Source of the DNA: Candidatus Thalassarchaeaceae archaeon
GTDB taxonomy: Archaea; Thermoplasmatota; Poseidoniia; Poseidoniales; Thalassarchaeaceae
Direction of reading: 5' to 3'
Assembly: GCA_943841885.1 (NCBI GenBank)
Contig: CALSZZ010000001.1
Span: 265,156 to 329,155 of the forward strand
Length of the DNA stretch: 64,000 nt
The position numbers and the translations under genes were made by a program. Below, in pieces: positions 18,286 through 27,518 of the stretch (position 1 is the stretch's first letter; each line of letters begins with the position of its first letter). Under the pieces are notes generated by a model. It was not told the origin of the DNA. It ran no database searches and saw nothing but the letters and a program-made list of their open reading frames with translations.

Positions 18286-19101
18286 ATGACAAAACCTTGG
18301 GCTCCTTCCCATGTAAGCGAAGTTGCTAAAGGCATGGGAGTGGATAAGCGAATTTCCGGAGATGTCAAAAAAACATTGGTCGAATTATTAAATATTGAAC
18401 TGAATAGTATTACTGAAAATATGGAGAAAAAAATATTATTAAATGATTCTAAGAGAAAAACGCTTGGAGATCCAGAACGGACTAGATTGAGTTACAGTAG
18501 AACTAGGGGTTTGATGGTAGATAAAATCCAAAAATTAGATTCTGTCGGGAGTTCTGCCGTAGTTTCTGCCAATGAAATATTAGAAAAATATCTACAAAGA
18601 TTATTATCCTACGCATCTGATTCTGCTGATTCTGATAAAATGGGCACTATTATGCAACGTCATCTAGACTCTGCACTCGAAATTATTGGTAAAAATAAAA
18701 CAAATATTCAAACTGATGAGATGTTAAACGAAAAGCATTTGAATAATGATTCTAGAAATAATATTACTCAAAAAGAGATAGTGGCCCCAGGAGATATTCT
18801 CTCAAAGGCAAACATTAGAATGATGGTTCGTGATATTGAAGGAATGAAGATAGAAGAGGATGCAATAGAGGATTTATTATTGGTATATTATGACCATGCT
18901 GCACGGTTGCAAGAGGATTTTCAGAATATAGTAACTAAAGGTTCAATGGAAGAATTAGAAATTAATGTGGAACGTAGTCGTACTCTGATGAAGATGGGGT
19001 GGTTAAGGAGGATGCTGAAACACGCCGCAAATAATGCTAAATCAGATAATTCGGCAAAAATATTACTTAAACACGTAATAAGAATAGATCCTTGGGAATA
19101 A
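18286..19101 (+). CDS. hypothetical protein with two histone-fold-like segments
   Basis: aa 5-66 APSHVSEVAKGMGVDKRISGDVKKTLVELL...SKRKTLGDPE and aa ~172-268 follow the archaeal histone pattern. Recognised by eye only. Confidence 0.35.
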   Translation: MTKPWAPSHVSEVAKGMGVDKRISGDVKKTLVELLNIELNSITENMEKKILLNDSKRKTLGDPERTRLSYSRTRGLMVDKIQKLDSVGSSAVVSANEILEKYLQRLLSYASDSADSDKMGTIMQRHLDSALEIIGKNKTNIQTDEMLNEKHLNNDSRNNITQKEIVAPGDILSKANIRMMVRDIEGMKIEEDAIEDLLLVYYDHAARLQEDFQNIVTKGSMEELEINVERSRTLMKMGWLRRMLKHAANNAKSDNSAKILLKHVIRIDPWE

Positions 19102-19159
19102 AATAAATTAACAATAAAATCAAAGAAAGTATAATCAGTATTTTTGCTTTGGCATTAGT

Positions 19160-20215
19160 GTGGCTGAAGGCGAAGATACAACAAAAATAGCATTTGAATT
19201 CAATGTATCGAAAATAAAAATTGCGTTTTTTTTAACGGCGATGATGCTACCTTTGGGATACATGGGAATCGGTTATATGGTAGCTTCTGCTTCCCTTTCG
19301 ATTAATCCTGGTTGCGGCATGTGGTCAAATAATACGCCAGATAATTGGACTACTGATGATGATTGGGAGAGTTTTGAACCATGGAATGATTCTGCTGAGA
19401 GAATAGATATCCGGAAAAATTTAGATGTATCCAATTATCAAATTGATTCGTATCAGAATGTTAGTTTTTCACCGAGAGGAGATAGTGAAATAACTCTCAA
19501 AGGTTGGTATGTAGAAGTAGATATTAATGCCCCTGTTGTTATCCTAACACATGGTATGCCAATGAATGGAAAATGTAAACCAGAGATGCTTTTGATACAA
19601 GGATATTTGACAGAAGGGGGAATAAATACATTATCATTTGATCTTAGAAATTACGGTGAAAGTGAAGTAGTGGATGATTACTTTGCAGTTGGACAAATTG
19701 AGTATAAGGATATTTTGGGGGCTTATGATTGGCTAATAACTGAGAAAGAATACGCACCAGGGCAGGTTGGGATGTCTGCTTTTTCAGCAGGTGGTGGTGC
19801 AGCAATAGCATTTGCAGAAGAGCCAGGGATTGGAGCGATGTGGCTTGATAGCGCCGTATTAGATTTCCCACTATTGGTAAAAAATGAATTAGGACGATTA
19901 GGGTATCCTGAATTCTTTGCAGGCCCAGCAGTTAGAGTAGGTGGCTGGTTAATAGGAGTTGAATTAGATGCTCGTTCGCCAATGGAAGCCGCAACAAATG
20001 CAGGAGATAGAGAAGTATTTCTAACTCATGGGAAAGAAGATCCAAGGGTTTCAATAATTCATTCTGAGAACTTTGAAGAAGAAATGAATAAAGAAGGAGG
20101 AAATGTAACTACATGGTATGTTAGTGATCGAGGTCACGTAGATGCAATATGGGGAGAATCTGATGAATATAAGTCTAAATTGATATCCTTTTTCAAATCA
20201 TCTTTGAACAATTGA
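19160..20215 (+). CDS. membrane-anchored alpha/beta hydrolase
   Basis: GTG start. N-terminal TM, VVILTHG oxyanion region, nucleophile elbow GMSAFSAGG, C-terminal DRGHVD. Confidence 0.65.
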   Translation: MAEGEDTTKIAFEFNVSKIKIAFFLTAMMLPLGYMGIGYMVASASLSINPGCGMWSNNTPDNWTTDDDWESFEPWNDSAERIDIRKNLDVSNYQIDSYQNVSFSPRGDSEITLKGWYVEVDINAPVVILTHGMPMNGKCKPEMLLIQGYLTEGGINTLSFDLRNYGESEVVDDYFAVGQIEYKDILGAYDWLITEKEYAPGQVGMSAFSAGGGAAIAFAEEPGIGAMWLDSAVLDFPLLVKNELGRLGYPEFFAGPAVRVGGWLIGVELDARSPMEAATNAGDREVFLTHGKEDPRVSIIHSENFEEEMNKEGGNVTTWYVSDRGHVDAIWGESDEYKSKLISFFKSSLNN

Positions 20216-20244
20216 AATATTAGAATATCGTGAATTTAAAAAAT

Positions 20245-20736
20245 TTATTCATTTCTTGTTAACCAGCTAATGTACATTGGAGAATTAAGTTTTACTCTTC
20301 TAGTGCCTAAACGTGCAGCCTTGTCTGGCCACAAGGACTCTAGTTTCCTAAAAGTAGAACAGTGCCTGAATCCTAATGCGTGCAAATATTCATGATAAAG
20401 AACACTGGCTGCTAAACGTTCCCACTGAGAATCAGCCAATAGATCAGGATGTATGTCTATTTTCCTGACATCATCGGGACCTAACGTATTTTCATATGGC
20501 CAAAAATCTTTTCCTCTTTCTATTATCTCACCTCTCTTATTCCTCCTTATCCACCTACTATTCTTTTTATATCTACAACATCCAAGCATTGTTTTATTAT
20601 TTTTTCTTAAATATCCAAGTGGTATTTGTTCTAATTTATCTATTTCAAAATTAGTTAATTCTGGAATTTTTAAAATTTCATCTATAACTAATTTGCCGAG
20701 AAGGTCAAGGTGCATTGTATATCTGGATTGGTTCAT
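20245..20736 (-). CDS. YgjP/DUF45-like zinc-dependent hydrolase
   Basis: HEYLHALGFRHCSTFRKLESLWPD matches the HExxHxxxxxHxxxF(W)xxxxxxxPD pattern of DUF45/SprT-like zincins. Confidence 0.5.
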   Translation of the reverse strand: MNQSRYTMHLDLLGKLVIDEILKIPELTNFEIDKLEQIPLGYLRKNNKTMLGCCRYKKNSRWIRRNKRGEIIERGKDFWPYENTLGPDDVRKIDIHPDLLADSQWERLAASVLYHEYLHALGFRHCSTFRKLESLWPDKAARLGTRRVKLNSPMYISWLTRNE

Positions 20737-20831
20737 TCAATTAAACTTGTAATGAAAATAGGACTTTTATCACAAATAGATACAAGGATTCATAATGAAT
20801 AACAATTTAGTAATGGCCAAGGTAGTTAATT

Positions 20832-21002
20832 ATGAGTGGACAAATAGCAAAAATTGGATTAGTAGCAAGTATGTTTTCGGTAGTAGGGTCATTGTACCTA
20901 TATTTTATCGGTGATGATGAAATGTTAGGAATATTTGTAGGCCTCTGGGCTCCAACATTGATACTAGCCAGTAACGAAATAGAAGCTTGGATGGAAGAAT
21001 AA
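20832..21002 (+). CDS. small two-TM membrane protein (56 aa)
   Basis: Not in the track. MSGQIAKIGLVASMFSVVGSLYLYFIGDDEMLGIFVGLWAPTLILASNEIEAWMEE. Preferred over the antisense 75-aa track ORF 20807..21034. Confidence 0.35.
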   Translation: MSGQIAKIGLVASMFSVVGSLYLYFIGDDEMLGIFVGLWAPTLILASNEIEAWMEE

Positions 21003-21653
21003 TCAAGGATAAAGCCGAGTTTTTTTCCATTCATTATTTATTGATTGTAAAATCACTCTTTCATGTAATCTGCTAGGTCTTCCTGACCAATATTCTATCG
21101 ATTCTACCAAAATTTTGTACCCGCCCCAATGGTCCGGTAATGGAATTTTCTTATCTTTGTACTTTCTTTCAGTAGACTTAAATTCTTCGTCGAGTACTTC
21201 TATAGAAACTAATTCTTTACTTTGAGTAGATGTATACGCGGCTATCTGACTTAGTCTTGGCCGTGAAAAATGATAATCTGATACAACGTCGCGTGTAAAC
21301 TCAGAGGCCGTTCCCAAAATTCTGACTTGTTTTTCTAATGGAGGCCAAAACATTGTTATTGCTACTTTTTTATTCATATTAATTTCCAAAGCCTTATCGC
21401 TGTTCAAATTTGTAAAAAAACCAATCTCAGTGTCGTTAATATGCTTCAGTAATACCATTCTACTTCTTGGGGTGCCATCAATACCAATCGTTGAAAGGCA
21501 CATTGCATTTGCTTCAATTAAATTTTTTTTCACGGCTTCGTTTATCCATTCTTTGAGCAAATCCAATGGACCGGCACCTTCCGGAATTAGTATTCGACCT
21601 CCGTCTCTATAATCAACTCTAATCTCTTTAACCATAAATAACCCTAAAGCCAA
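21003..21653 (-). CDS. pdxH: pyridoxamine 5'-phosphate oxidase
   Basis: About 216 aa PNPOx. SRMVLLK, FFTN..S.K, WGGY, LHERV and C-terminal W..TRLYP. Confidence 0.85.
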   Translation of the reverse strand: MALGLFMVKEIRVDYRDGGRILIPEGAGPLDLLKEWINEAVKKNLIEANAMCLSTIGIDGTPRSRMVLLKHINDTEIGFFTNLNSDKALEINMNKKVAITMFWPPLEKQVRILGTASEFTRDVVSDYHFSRPRLSQIAAYTSTQSKELVSIEVLDEEFKSTERKYKDKKIPLPDHWGGYKILVESIEYWSGRPSRLHERVILQSINNEWKKTRLYP

Positions 21654-21749
21654 TATTGTATAAAGTTGGGTTTTAAAATTTATTAAAAAAATGATAATAA
21701 AATCGTGTAGAATACAACTACTTATAACTCATTGATTAATGGCCGCGAT

Positions 21750-22604
21750 ATGAACGGTACGATATCGTCAAAAATTAGCCTAAAAAAGAATGTTATAGTG
21801 TTGACCTTAGTTGGAATAGCATTAATGATTGTTCAGTCAGTAAACGCTGCAACAGTCAACCCCGAAGTAGAATATGCTGGAGATAATTTAGGAAGAGCTA
21901 CTTTCTTCCTTTTCTTCATTGGTTATATCTCAATGGGTGCTGCTTTTGTGTTCTTCATGAGTGAAAGAAATAACGTTGCTCCAGAATTCAGAACTACTAT
22001 GACAATTTCTGCATTGATTGTAGGAATAGCTGCATTCCATTACTATTACATGCGTGGCGTGTACATAGACACTGGCGCAGTTAGTACTGATTACCGATAC
22101 ATGGATTGGATCATCACAGTACCTCTAATGGCCCTGAAATTCCCTTCCCTTGTTGGAAAAGATGCAATTACCGATAACAAAGTGTTAGGCCTCGGTTTCA
22201 CAGGAGTATGCTTCGTTGGTGCTTTGATAATGATTTCATTTGGATACCTTGGAGAAACAGGTGTAATAAATGAAGCATTAGGTCTTATTCTTGGTGGAGT
22301 AGGATGGGCAATGATTATGGTAGCAACTGGTTTACCATTCGGATTATATGATGGATTAGGAGTAGACAACAGTAAAATCAGAGAAGAGTTAGTTTGGAGT
22401 ACAAATGCCCTAAGAACTTTCATCCTAGTAGGATGGATCATTTACCCTCTTGGATACTTAGTCGGAACAGAAATGGTAGATGCAGGATCTGATGGTAAAG
22501 AGATTATGGCAATCCTATACAACGTTGCCGATATGATTAATAAAATTGGTTTCGGAATAGTTGCATGGATGGGTGCTAAGAAAGCATCATCTATGATGGC
22601 TTAA
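21750..22604 (+). CDS. proteorhodopsin-family microbial rhodopsin (helix-C motif D-T-K)
   Basis: RYMDWIITVPLMALKF (helix C) and YNVADMINKIGFG (Schiff-base Lys). 7 TM and a signal-like N-terminus. ATG 21750 preferred over TTG 21732. Confidence 0.9.
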   Translation: MNGTISSKISLKKNVIVLTLVGIALMIVQSVNAATVNPEVEYAGDNLGRATFFLFFIGYISMGAAFVFFMSERNNVAPEFRTTMTISALIVGIAAFHYYYMRGVYIDTGAVSTDYRYMDWIITVPLMALKFPSLVGKDAITDNKVLGLGFTGVCFVGALIMISFGYLGETGVINEALGLILGGVGWAMIMVATGLPFGLYDGLGVDNSKIREELVWSTNALRTFILVGWIIYPLGYLVGTEMVDAGSDGKEIMAILYNVADMINKIGFGIVAWMGAKKASSMMA

Positions 22605-22639
22605 ATTTTAAACAATAATAGATTACACCAAAAAAGGAG

Positions 22640-22690
22640 AATTCTCTGTCTGTGATTCAGGCAGAGAATTTTTCTTCCATTTTTTTAAAT
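22640..22690 (+). terminator. hairpin plus oligo-T downstream of the rhodopsin gene
   Basis: AATTCTCTGTCTG (22640-22652) pairs with CAGGCAGAGAATT (22658-22670): 13 bp, one G-U, 5-nt loop. Followed by a T5 run (22669-22673, overlapping the right arm) and a T8 run (22681-22688). Confidence 0.5.
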
Positions 22691-22700
22691 ACTTTCAATT

Positions 22701-23435
22701 ATGGAAATAATAATAATAATAATAATATTTGTTGGAGTAATATTTGCTTCGGCTTTGACGGTCCCTGCTGGTTTTGGATTGTCGACAATGTTGACGCCCA
22801 TTACACTACTATTAATGAGTCCTCACGAGGCAGTGACTGTAGTTGCGATAATACATGGGATTCATAATGGTGCAAAATATATATCATTACGAGACTATGT
22901 AGATTTTGAAGCAGTAAAGCATTACGGTGTGTGGCTAATTATTGGTTCAATACTAGGTGCATTGTTGAATAATGGTGTTCCACAAAAGCCATTATTAGCA
23001 GTAATAGGAATCTTCTTAATAATATTACCAATTTTAACTCTTAGTGAGCGTTGGACTAATTATAAAATACCTGAAGCCAATGATAAAATTGGAGGTTTTG
23101 GATCGGGATTTATGGGAGGTTTATCCGGGCACCAGGGCGCACTTAGGGCGATGTTCCTTACAAGAAGATTAAGAGATAAAATGAATTATGCTGCAACGGC
23201 CAGTATACTCGCTCTTTGTGTAGACTTATCAAGAATTCCGGTTTATTTATTTTTTAGGTATAACGACTTGATAGAATATCTTGAACTTACTATCATTTTG
23301 GTTATGGCAGCATTAATGGGAGTAAATATAGGTAAAAGATGGTTAGAATCTATGAAGAATATTTGGATTCATAATATAGTCATGGCTGGTATAATTAGTA
23401 GTGGAATATTTTATCTATTCCAATCCCTAAACTGA
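22701..23435 (+). CDS. TauE/SafE (TSUP, DUF81) family anion permease
   Basis: 244 aa, about 8 TM. PAGFGLSTMLTP and GGFGSGFMGGLSGHQGALR are the duplicated TSUP motifs. Confidence 0.75.
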   Translation: MEIIIIIIIFVGVIFASALTVPAGFGLSTMLTPITLLLMSPHEAVTVVAIIHGIHNGAKYISLRDYVDFEAVKHYGVWLIIGSILGALLNNGVPQKPLLAVIGIFLIILPILTLSERWTNYKIPEANDKIGGFGSGFMGGLSGHQGALRAMFLTRRLRDKMNYAATASILALCVDLSRIPVYLFFRYNDLIEYLELTIILVMAALMGVNIGKRWLESMKNIWIHNIVMAGIISSGIFYLFQSLN

Positions 23436-23446
23436 ATGAATAATTA

Positions 23447-23854
23447 TTACAAATCTGGAAAAATACATTTATTAGGTCTTTTGAAAATGTAATGTCTATA
23501 TTTTGAAATAATAATATAAACTGAATCTCTGAAAGGCAATGGTATAAGCCAAAAAATAGGAAATAAAATCCTATAGTGAAACTTCATATGAAGTAAACAT
23601 CTTATTCCGGCTGCGGATCTTATGTATGTTTTATCATTTTTCACCAAATATACAGTATCTGCATCTTGATATTTTAAAGAGAATTGAGAAATAATTTTTT
23701 TTGCTTCTTCGGAATTGTTGGCAATGAATTTCAATGATGATTTGTTTTTAAGCCTAGGATAAAGAAAAAGTGCAACATTTGAGCAGAGACCACAATCGCC
23801 ATCCATTAATAAAATATCAGCTCCAGACATATTATTCACCGTGTATAGGTTCAA
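23447..23854 (-). CDS. DCC-family thiol-disulfide oxidoreductase (DUF393)
   Basis: LLMDGDCGLCSN, the D-x-x-C-x-x-C signature. About 135 aa. Confidence 0.7.
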   Translation of the reverse strand: MNLYTVNNMSGADILLMDGDCGLCSNVALFLYPRLKNKSSLKFIANNSEEAKKIISQFSLKYQDADTVYLVKNDKTYIRSAAGIRCLLHMKFHYRILFPIFWLIPLPFRDSVYIIISKYRHYIFKRPNKCIFPDL

Positions 23855-24578
23855 GATTCCAAGTCTTTACCTTAACTCCTCGCGTCACGTGAACTAAGTC
23901 CGGAGAAAGATAATTTTTAATTCCTAAGTTAAAAAATTCTGTCAAAGAGTTCTTTGTGATTATCGCTTCTCCATCATAGTATTCCCACGGATTGTGTTGA
24001 GTATGTGCCATGAATAATTTTTCTTTATGTGAAACATATAAGCAATACCTCTCGAATAAAAAATATTCTAATGTATCTTTTTCAGCTTTTCTAATATTAC
24101 CTACTGATTTAGAGCTACCTTTTAATTCTAAACCATCAGAGGTACGTTTTGAATGCCAAAAATAATGTCCTTTAGAAAATTTAACATTTGCCTTTGCATA
24201 TTTGTAGGGTAGCCCATATGCCTTAGGCGCATAGGCACAAGTTATGTGACTCTGAGCATCCAGTGTTAAAAATAAAACTCCTGCCTTACCTTTTTTCTTC
24301 ACATATGTTCGGACATTGAACTCAGGAAATGTAGTGATGAATGGTAAATAAGGGAGAAAATGTGGCCTTACTTTTTCCATGATAAATGGTATTGTACCAA
24401 CATATGCTTTCCCTTCAAAGGTGTCTAATTCTAAATCTTCAGGAATATAGGGGCGTAATAATTCAGGATCAACCTCCCAATGTAAGAAAGTCAGGTTGAT
24501 CCAATTTTGCCTTAATGACCATCTTCTCTTCGGCATAGGAAATGGAAGATGATCAGACTTCCACTGTGCATCGGCCAT
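23832..24578 (-). CDS. DUF2071 (YqjF-like, acetoacetate-decarboxylase-fold) protein
   Basis: W..LTFLHWEV.PE.L...P..L.LDTFEGKAYVG..PF.M and FPEFNVRTYV. Overlaps the DCC gene by 23 nt. Confidence 0.65.
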   Translation of the reverse strand: MADAQWKSDHLPFPMPKRRWSLRQNWINLTFLHWEVDPELLRPYIPEDLELDTFEGKAYVGTIPFIMEKVRPHFLPYLPFITTFPEFNVRTYVKKKGKAGVLFLTLDAQSHITCAYAPKAYGLPYKYAKANVKFSKGHYFWHSKRTSDGLELKGSSKSVGNIRKAEKDTLEYFLFERYCLYVSHKEKLFMAHTQHNPWEYYDGEAIITKNSLTEFFNLGIKNYLSPDLVHVTRGVKVKTWNLEPIHGE

Positions 24579-24641
24579 GACTATCCTTCAATAGTCACTA
24601 ATAAAAACAATCACACAAAATGTCGTGATAAAAACTAACAC

Positions 24642-25118
24642 ATGAGTCATTTATCGTTTAACATGGGAGATAATAAATGTGCTTATGATGGATGTAATGC
24701 TCTCGAATTTAGGACTTCTGGATATTGCCTGAGACACAAAGAAGGACCAAAAACCACCTTAATTAGTGAAATTAATCCGGTAATAAATGAAATCTCAGAA
24801 GGAATAGATATGGCCAACACTTCCACGTTGGAGCATAATAATGTCGTTTGGTTTATAGTCGGACTTTTTGCGGGCCCTTTATTTGCAATAATTATAGGAG
24901 TCTTGTCAGAAGTTTTACTCCAGATAGGCGTAGAAGAAATTGGAGTATTTACAATGTGCATAATATTACCATTAATTTACATAATTGGCATTATATGGGG
25001 ACTTAGAACTAATGGACCTACCGGATTTGCATTAGGATTATTAGTAACACCATTAGTTATCGGTTTATTTGTTTTATTCCTTATTTACATTATTAGTGAA
25101 GAAGGTGTTTTTATGTAA
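24642..25118 (+). CDS. hypothetical membrane protein with N-terminal Cys/His zinc-ribbon-like motif
   Basis: CAYDGC...GYCLRH followed by 3-4 TM helices. No family recognised. Confidence 0.4.
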   Translation: MSHLSFNMGDNKCAYDGCNALEFRTSGYCLRHKEGPKTTLISEINPVINEISEGIDMANTSTLEHNNVVWFIVGLFAGPLFAIIIGVLSEVLLQIGVEEIGVFTMCIILPLIYIIGIIWGLRTNGPTGFALGLLVTPLVIGLFVLFLIYIISEEGVFM

Positions 25119-25120
25119 AA

Positions 25121-26164
25121 TTAAATTGGAATATCATATGTACCATTGACAATAGGAGAAACTTTTTGACCAATTAATTCTATTGAATCCATGAGCTGCT
25201 TATGAGATAATTTAGCATTATCCATTTGAAATGAAAATCTTGATATCCCACCTAATGCTTTACTATGACGGAGTATTTTTTCGGCAACTTCTTCTGGACT
25301 TCCTATTGCATATGCGCCTAATGGGCCTGTTTGCTCATCAAATCTCGCACGAGTGACTGGGGGCCATCCTCTTTCTTTTCCTATTCTGGTAAAAGTTTCT
25401 GCATAACCTGGAAAATATACATCCCTAGCTTTCTGAGAATTTTCTGCAACATAACCCAGTGAATGTAATCCTACTTTTAGATCTTCAGGATGGTGTCCTG
25501 CTTTTTCACCTGCTTCTCTGTATAAATCTACTAATGGCTTGAAACGATGTGTTTCACCACCAATTACAGCAATCATAAGAGGTAGGCCTAATAATCCAGC
25601 ACGGATGAAAGATTGAGGAGAACCACCTACCCCCAGCCAAACTGGTAATGGGTTTTTTAATGGCCTAGGATATATTTTTTGATTATGTAAAGAAGGCCTA
25701 AATCTTCCATTCCAATTGATTGTTTCGTTATTTCTTATTGAAAGTAATAAATCTAATTTTTCTGAAAATATCTCATCATATTGATTAAGATTCAATCCAA
25801 ACAAAGAGAATGATTCCGTAAATGAACCACGCCCTACCACCATTTCTGCCCTACCATGTGACAACAAATCTAAGGTTGAATAATTCTGAAATGTTCTAAC
25901 TGGATCTGCGGCACTCAAAACTGTTACCGCACTTGTTAAAATAATATTATTTGTACGTGCTGCGGCGGCTGATAGAATCATATGGGGTGCCGAATCAAGA
26001 AACTCTTTTCGGTAATGTTCTCCTATCCCAAAGACATCTAGGCCCATTTTATCCGCATGTTCAATTCGAACAAGAAGATCGTCTAAGGACCGGGCACTGT
26101 TTTCTGGCGTACTTTCAATATCGCCCATTTCAACAGCTGCGAAGCTATCAATACCTATTTCCAT
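25121..26164 (-). CDS. LLM-class (luciferase-like) flavin-dependent oxidoreductase
   Basis: 347 aa. GLDVFGIGEHY, SAADP.R and GRAEMVVGRGS are typical of the LLM family. Confidence 0.75.
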   Translation of the reverse strand: MEIGIDSFAAVEMGDIESTPENSARSLDDLLVRIEHADKMGLDVFGIGEHYRKEFLDSAPHMILSAAAARTNNIILTSAVTVLSAADPVRTFQNYSTLDLLSHGRAEMVVGRGSFTESFSLFGLNLNQYDEIFSEKLDLLLSIRNNETINWNGRFRPSLHNQKIYPRPLKNPLPVWLGVGGSPQSFIRAGLLGLPLMIAVIGGETHRFKPLVDLYREAGEKAGHHPEDLKVGLHSLGYVAENSQKARDVYFPGYAETFTRIGKERGWPPVTRARFDEQTGPLGAYAIGSPEEVAEKILRHSKALGGISRFSFQMDNAKLSHKQLMDSIELIGQKVSPIVNGTYDIPI

Positions 26165-26197
26165 ATTAACCCGTAAAAATTGAGATATTAAAACTAT

Positions 26198-27403
26198 TTA
26201 GTTAATTGGTTTCAGTTTTGACAAATCATCAAGAGATTTTAGCGCACAATTAACATGAATTGCAGAGCCCAATGGTAATGCATCTTCATCTACCTTGAAC
26301 ATGGGATGATGTACATCATAAATTGCATCTATTTCTGGATTGCTGACTCCTAAGAATGCAAAACAACCTGGAACTTTTTCAGTATAATATGCAAAATCCT
26401 CACCCCCCATTATTGGGGGCATTTCTATTACTTTATCGCTACCTAATATTTCTTTACCCACTGATTTGCCTAATTCCCAGCAATCTGCATCATTGATGGT
26501 AGGAGGATAATCATGACCTGGGAAAGTTACCTCTGCCTCACAACGATTGGCGATTGCTATTGATTCGGATAATTCCTTTACTCTTTTTTGTAATTTTGTT
26601 AATCCTTCTAAAGTTAATGACCTTATAGTTCCCTGTAATTCCATAGTTGATGGAATTACATTCCATGCATCACCCCCATTCATCATTGTAACACTAATCA
26701 CTCCGGATTCAAGTGGGTTTAATTCTCGAGAAATAATTGACTGTAGTTCTACTACGATTTTAGAAGCTGTAATAACCGGATCTATCGTATTATGAGGAGC
26801 AGCGGCATGGCCTCCATTCCCTTTAACCAATATCTTCAATGAACCTGCAGAAGCCAATAAAGTACCTTCTCTTGATGCCATCATACCAGTAGGGAGTTGC
26901 CCTGCAACATGTAAACCGAATATTTTCTGAACATCGGGATTCATCAGAACTCCCTCGTCCCTCATCATTTTTCCTCCTGCCCCACCTTCTTCAGCAGGTT
27001 GAAAAATAAGTTTTACAGTGCCTTCGATATATTCTTCATTCTCCTTAAGAATTCGGGCAGCTCCTAATAGCATTGCAGTATGACAATCATGACCGCAGGC
27101 ATGCATTTTACCATCTATTTCACTCTTAAAGTCTATATCTGTCTCTTCATGTATCGGTAAAGCGTCCATATCTGCCCTCAATGCTATACAGGGGCTATTT
27201 CCATTACCTAAAATTCCAACAACACCCGTTATTGCAATATCTTTCTGAAATGGAATATCGAGTTCTTTAAGGGTTTCTTGTACTAACTTACTAGTTTCAA
27301 ACTCTTCATACATCAATTCAGGGTGCCTATGTATCTTCCTTCTCTTTTCGATAATCCATGATTTTATTTCATTACTCTTAGATAATATTTCGGAGCTCTG
27401 CAT
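26198..27403 (-). CDS. M20D-family amidohydrolase (N-acyl-amino acid / hippurate hydrolase-like)
   Basis: IHRHPEL, LRADMDALP, MHACGHD, FQPAEEG, GGHAAAPH and GGEDF motifs. Confidence 0.8.
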   Translation of the reverse strand: MQSSEILSKSNEIKSWIIEKRRKIHRHPELMYEEFETSKLVQETLKELDIPFQKDIAITGVVGILGNGNSPCIALRADMDALPIHEETDIDFKSEIDGKMHACGHDCHTAMLLGAARILKENEEYIEGTVKLIFQPAEEGGAGGKMMRDEGVLMNPDVQKIFGLHVAGQLPTGMMASREGTLLASAGSLKILVKGNGGHAAAPHNTIDPVITASKIVVELQSIISRELNPLESGVISVTMMNGGDAWNVIPSTMELQGTIRSLTLEGLTKLQKRVKELSESIAIANRCEAEVTFPGHDYPPTINDADCWELGKSVGKEILGSDKVIEMPPIMGGEDFAYYTEKVPGCFAFLGVSNPEIDAIYDVHHPMFKVDEDALPLGSAIHVNCALKSLDDLSKLKPIN

Positions 27404-27518
27404 ATTTAATGTGAAGTAGTAGGGATATTAGAGTTATCTTAAAAAATAATTAAAAATGATAAAAAAAATTTAAAATATAAACCGCAATCTTGAAATCTAC
27501 AAGTTGACTAACTGATAT

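Noticed and set aside
20807-21034. 75-aa minus-strand track ORF
   Set aside because: It overlaps the pdxH 3' end and has no hydrophobic or motif logic. The plus-strand 56-aa two-TM ORF (20832-21002) explains the region better, though that one is itself low confidence.
22707-22727. (ATA)7 trinucleotide microsatellite
   Set aside because: It lies in frame at the start of the TauE-family gene and encodes Ile7 of the first TM helix. It could vary in length but is not an independent element.
22652-22867. 71-aa ORF with an Asn run (NNNNNNN)
   Set aside because: It is an alternative frame of the TauE N-terminus, and the Asn run is the (ATA)n repeat read out of frame.
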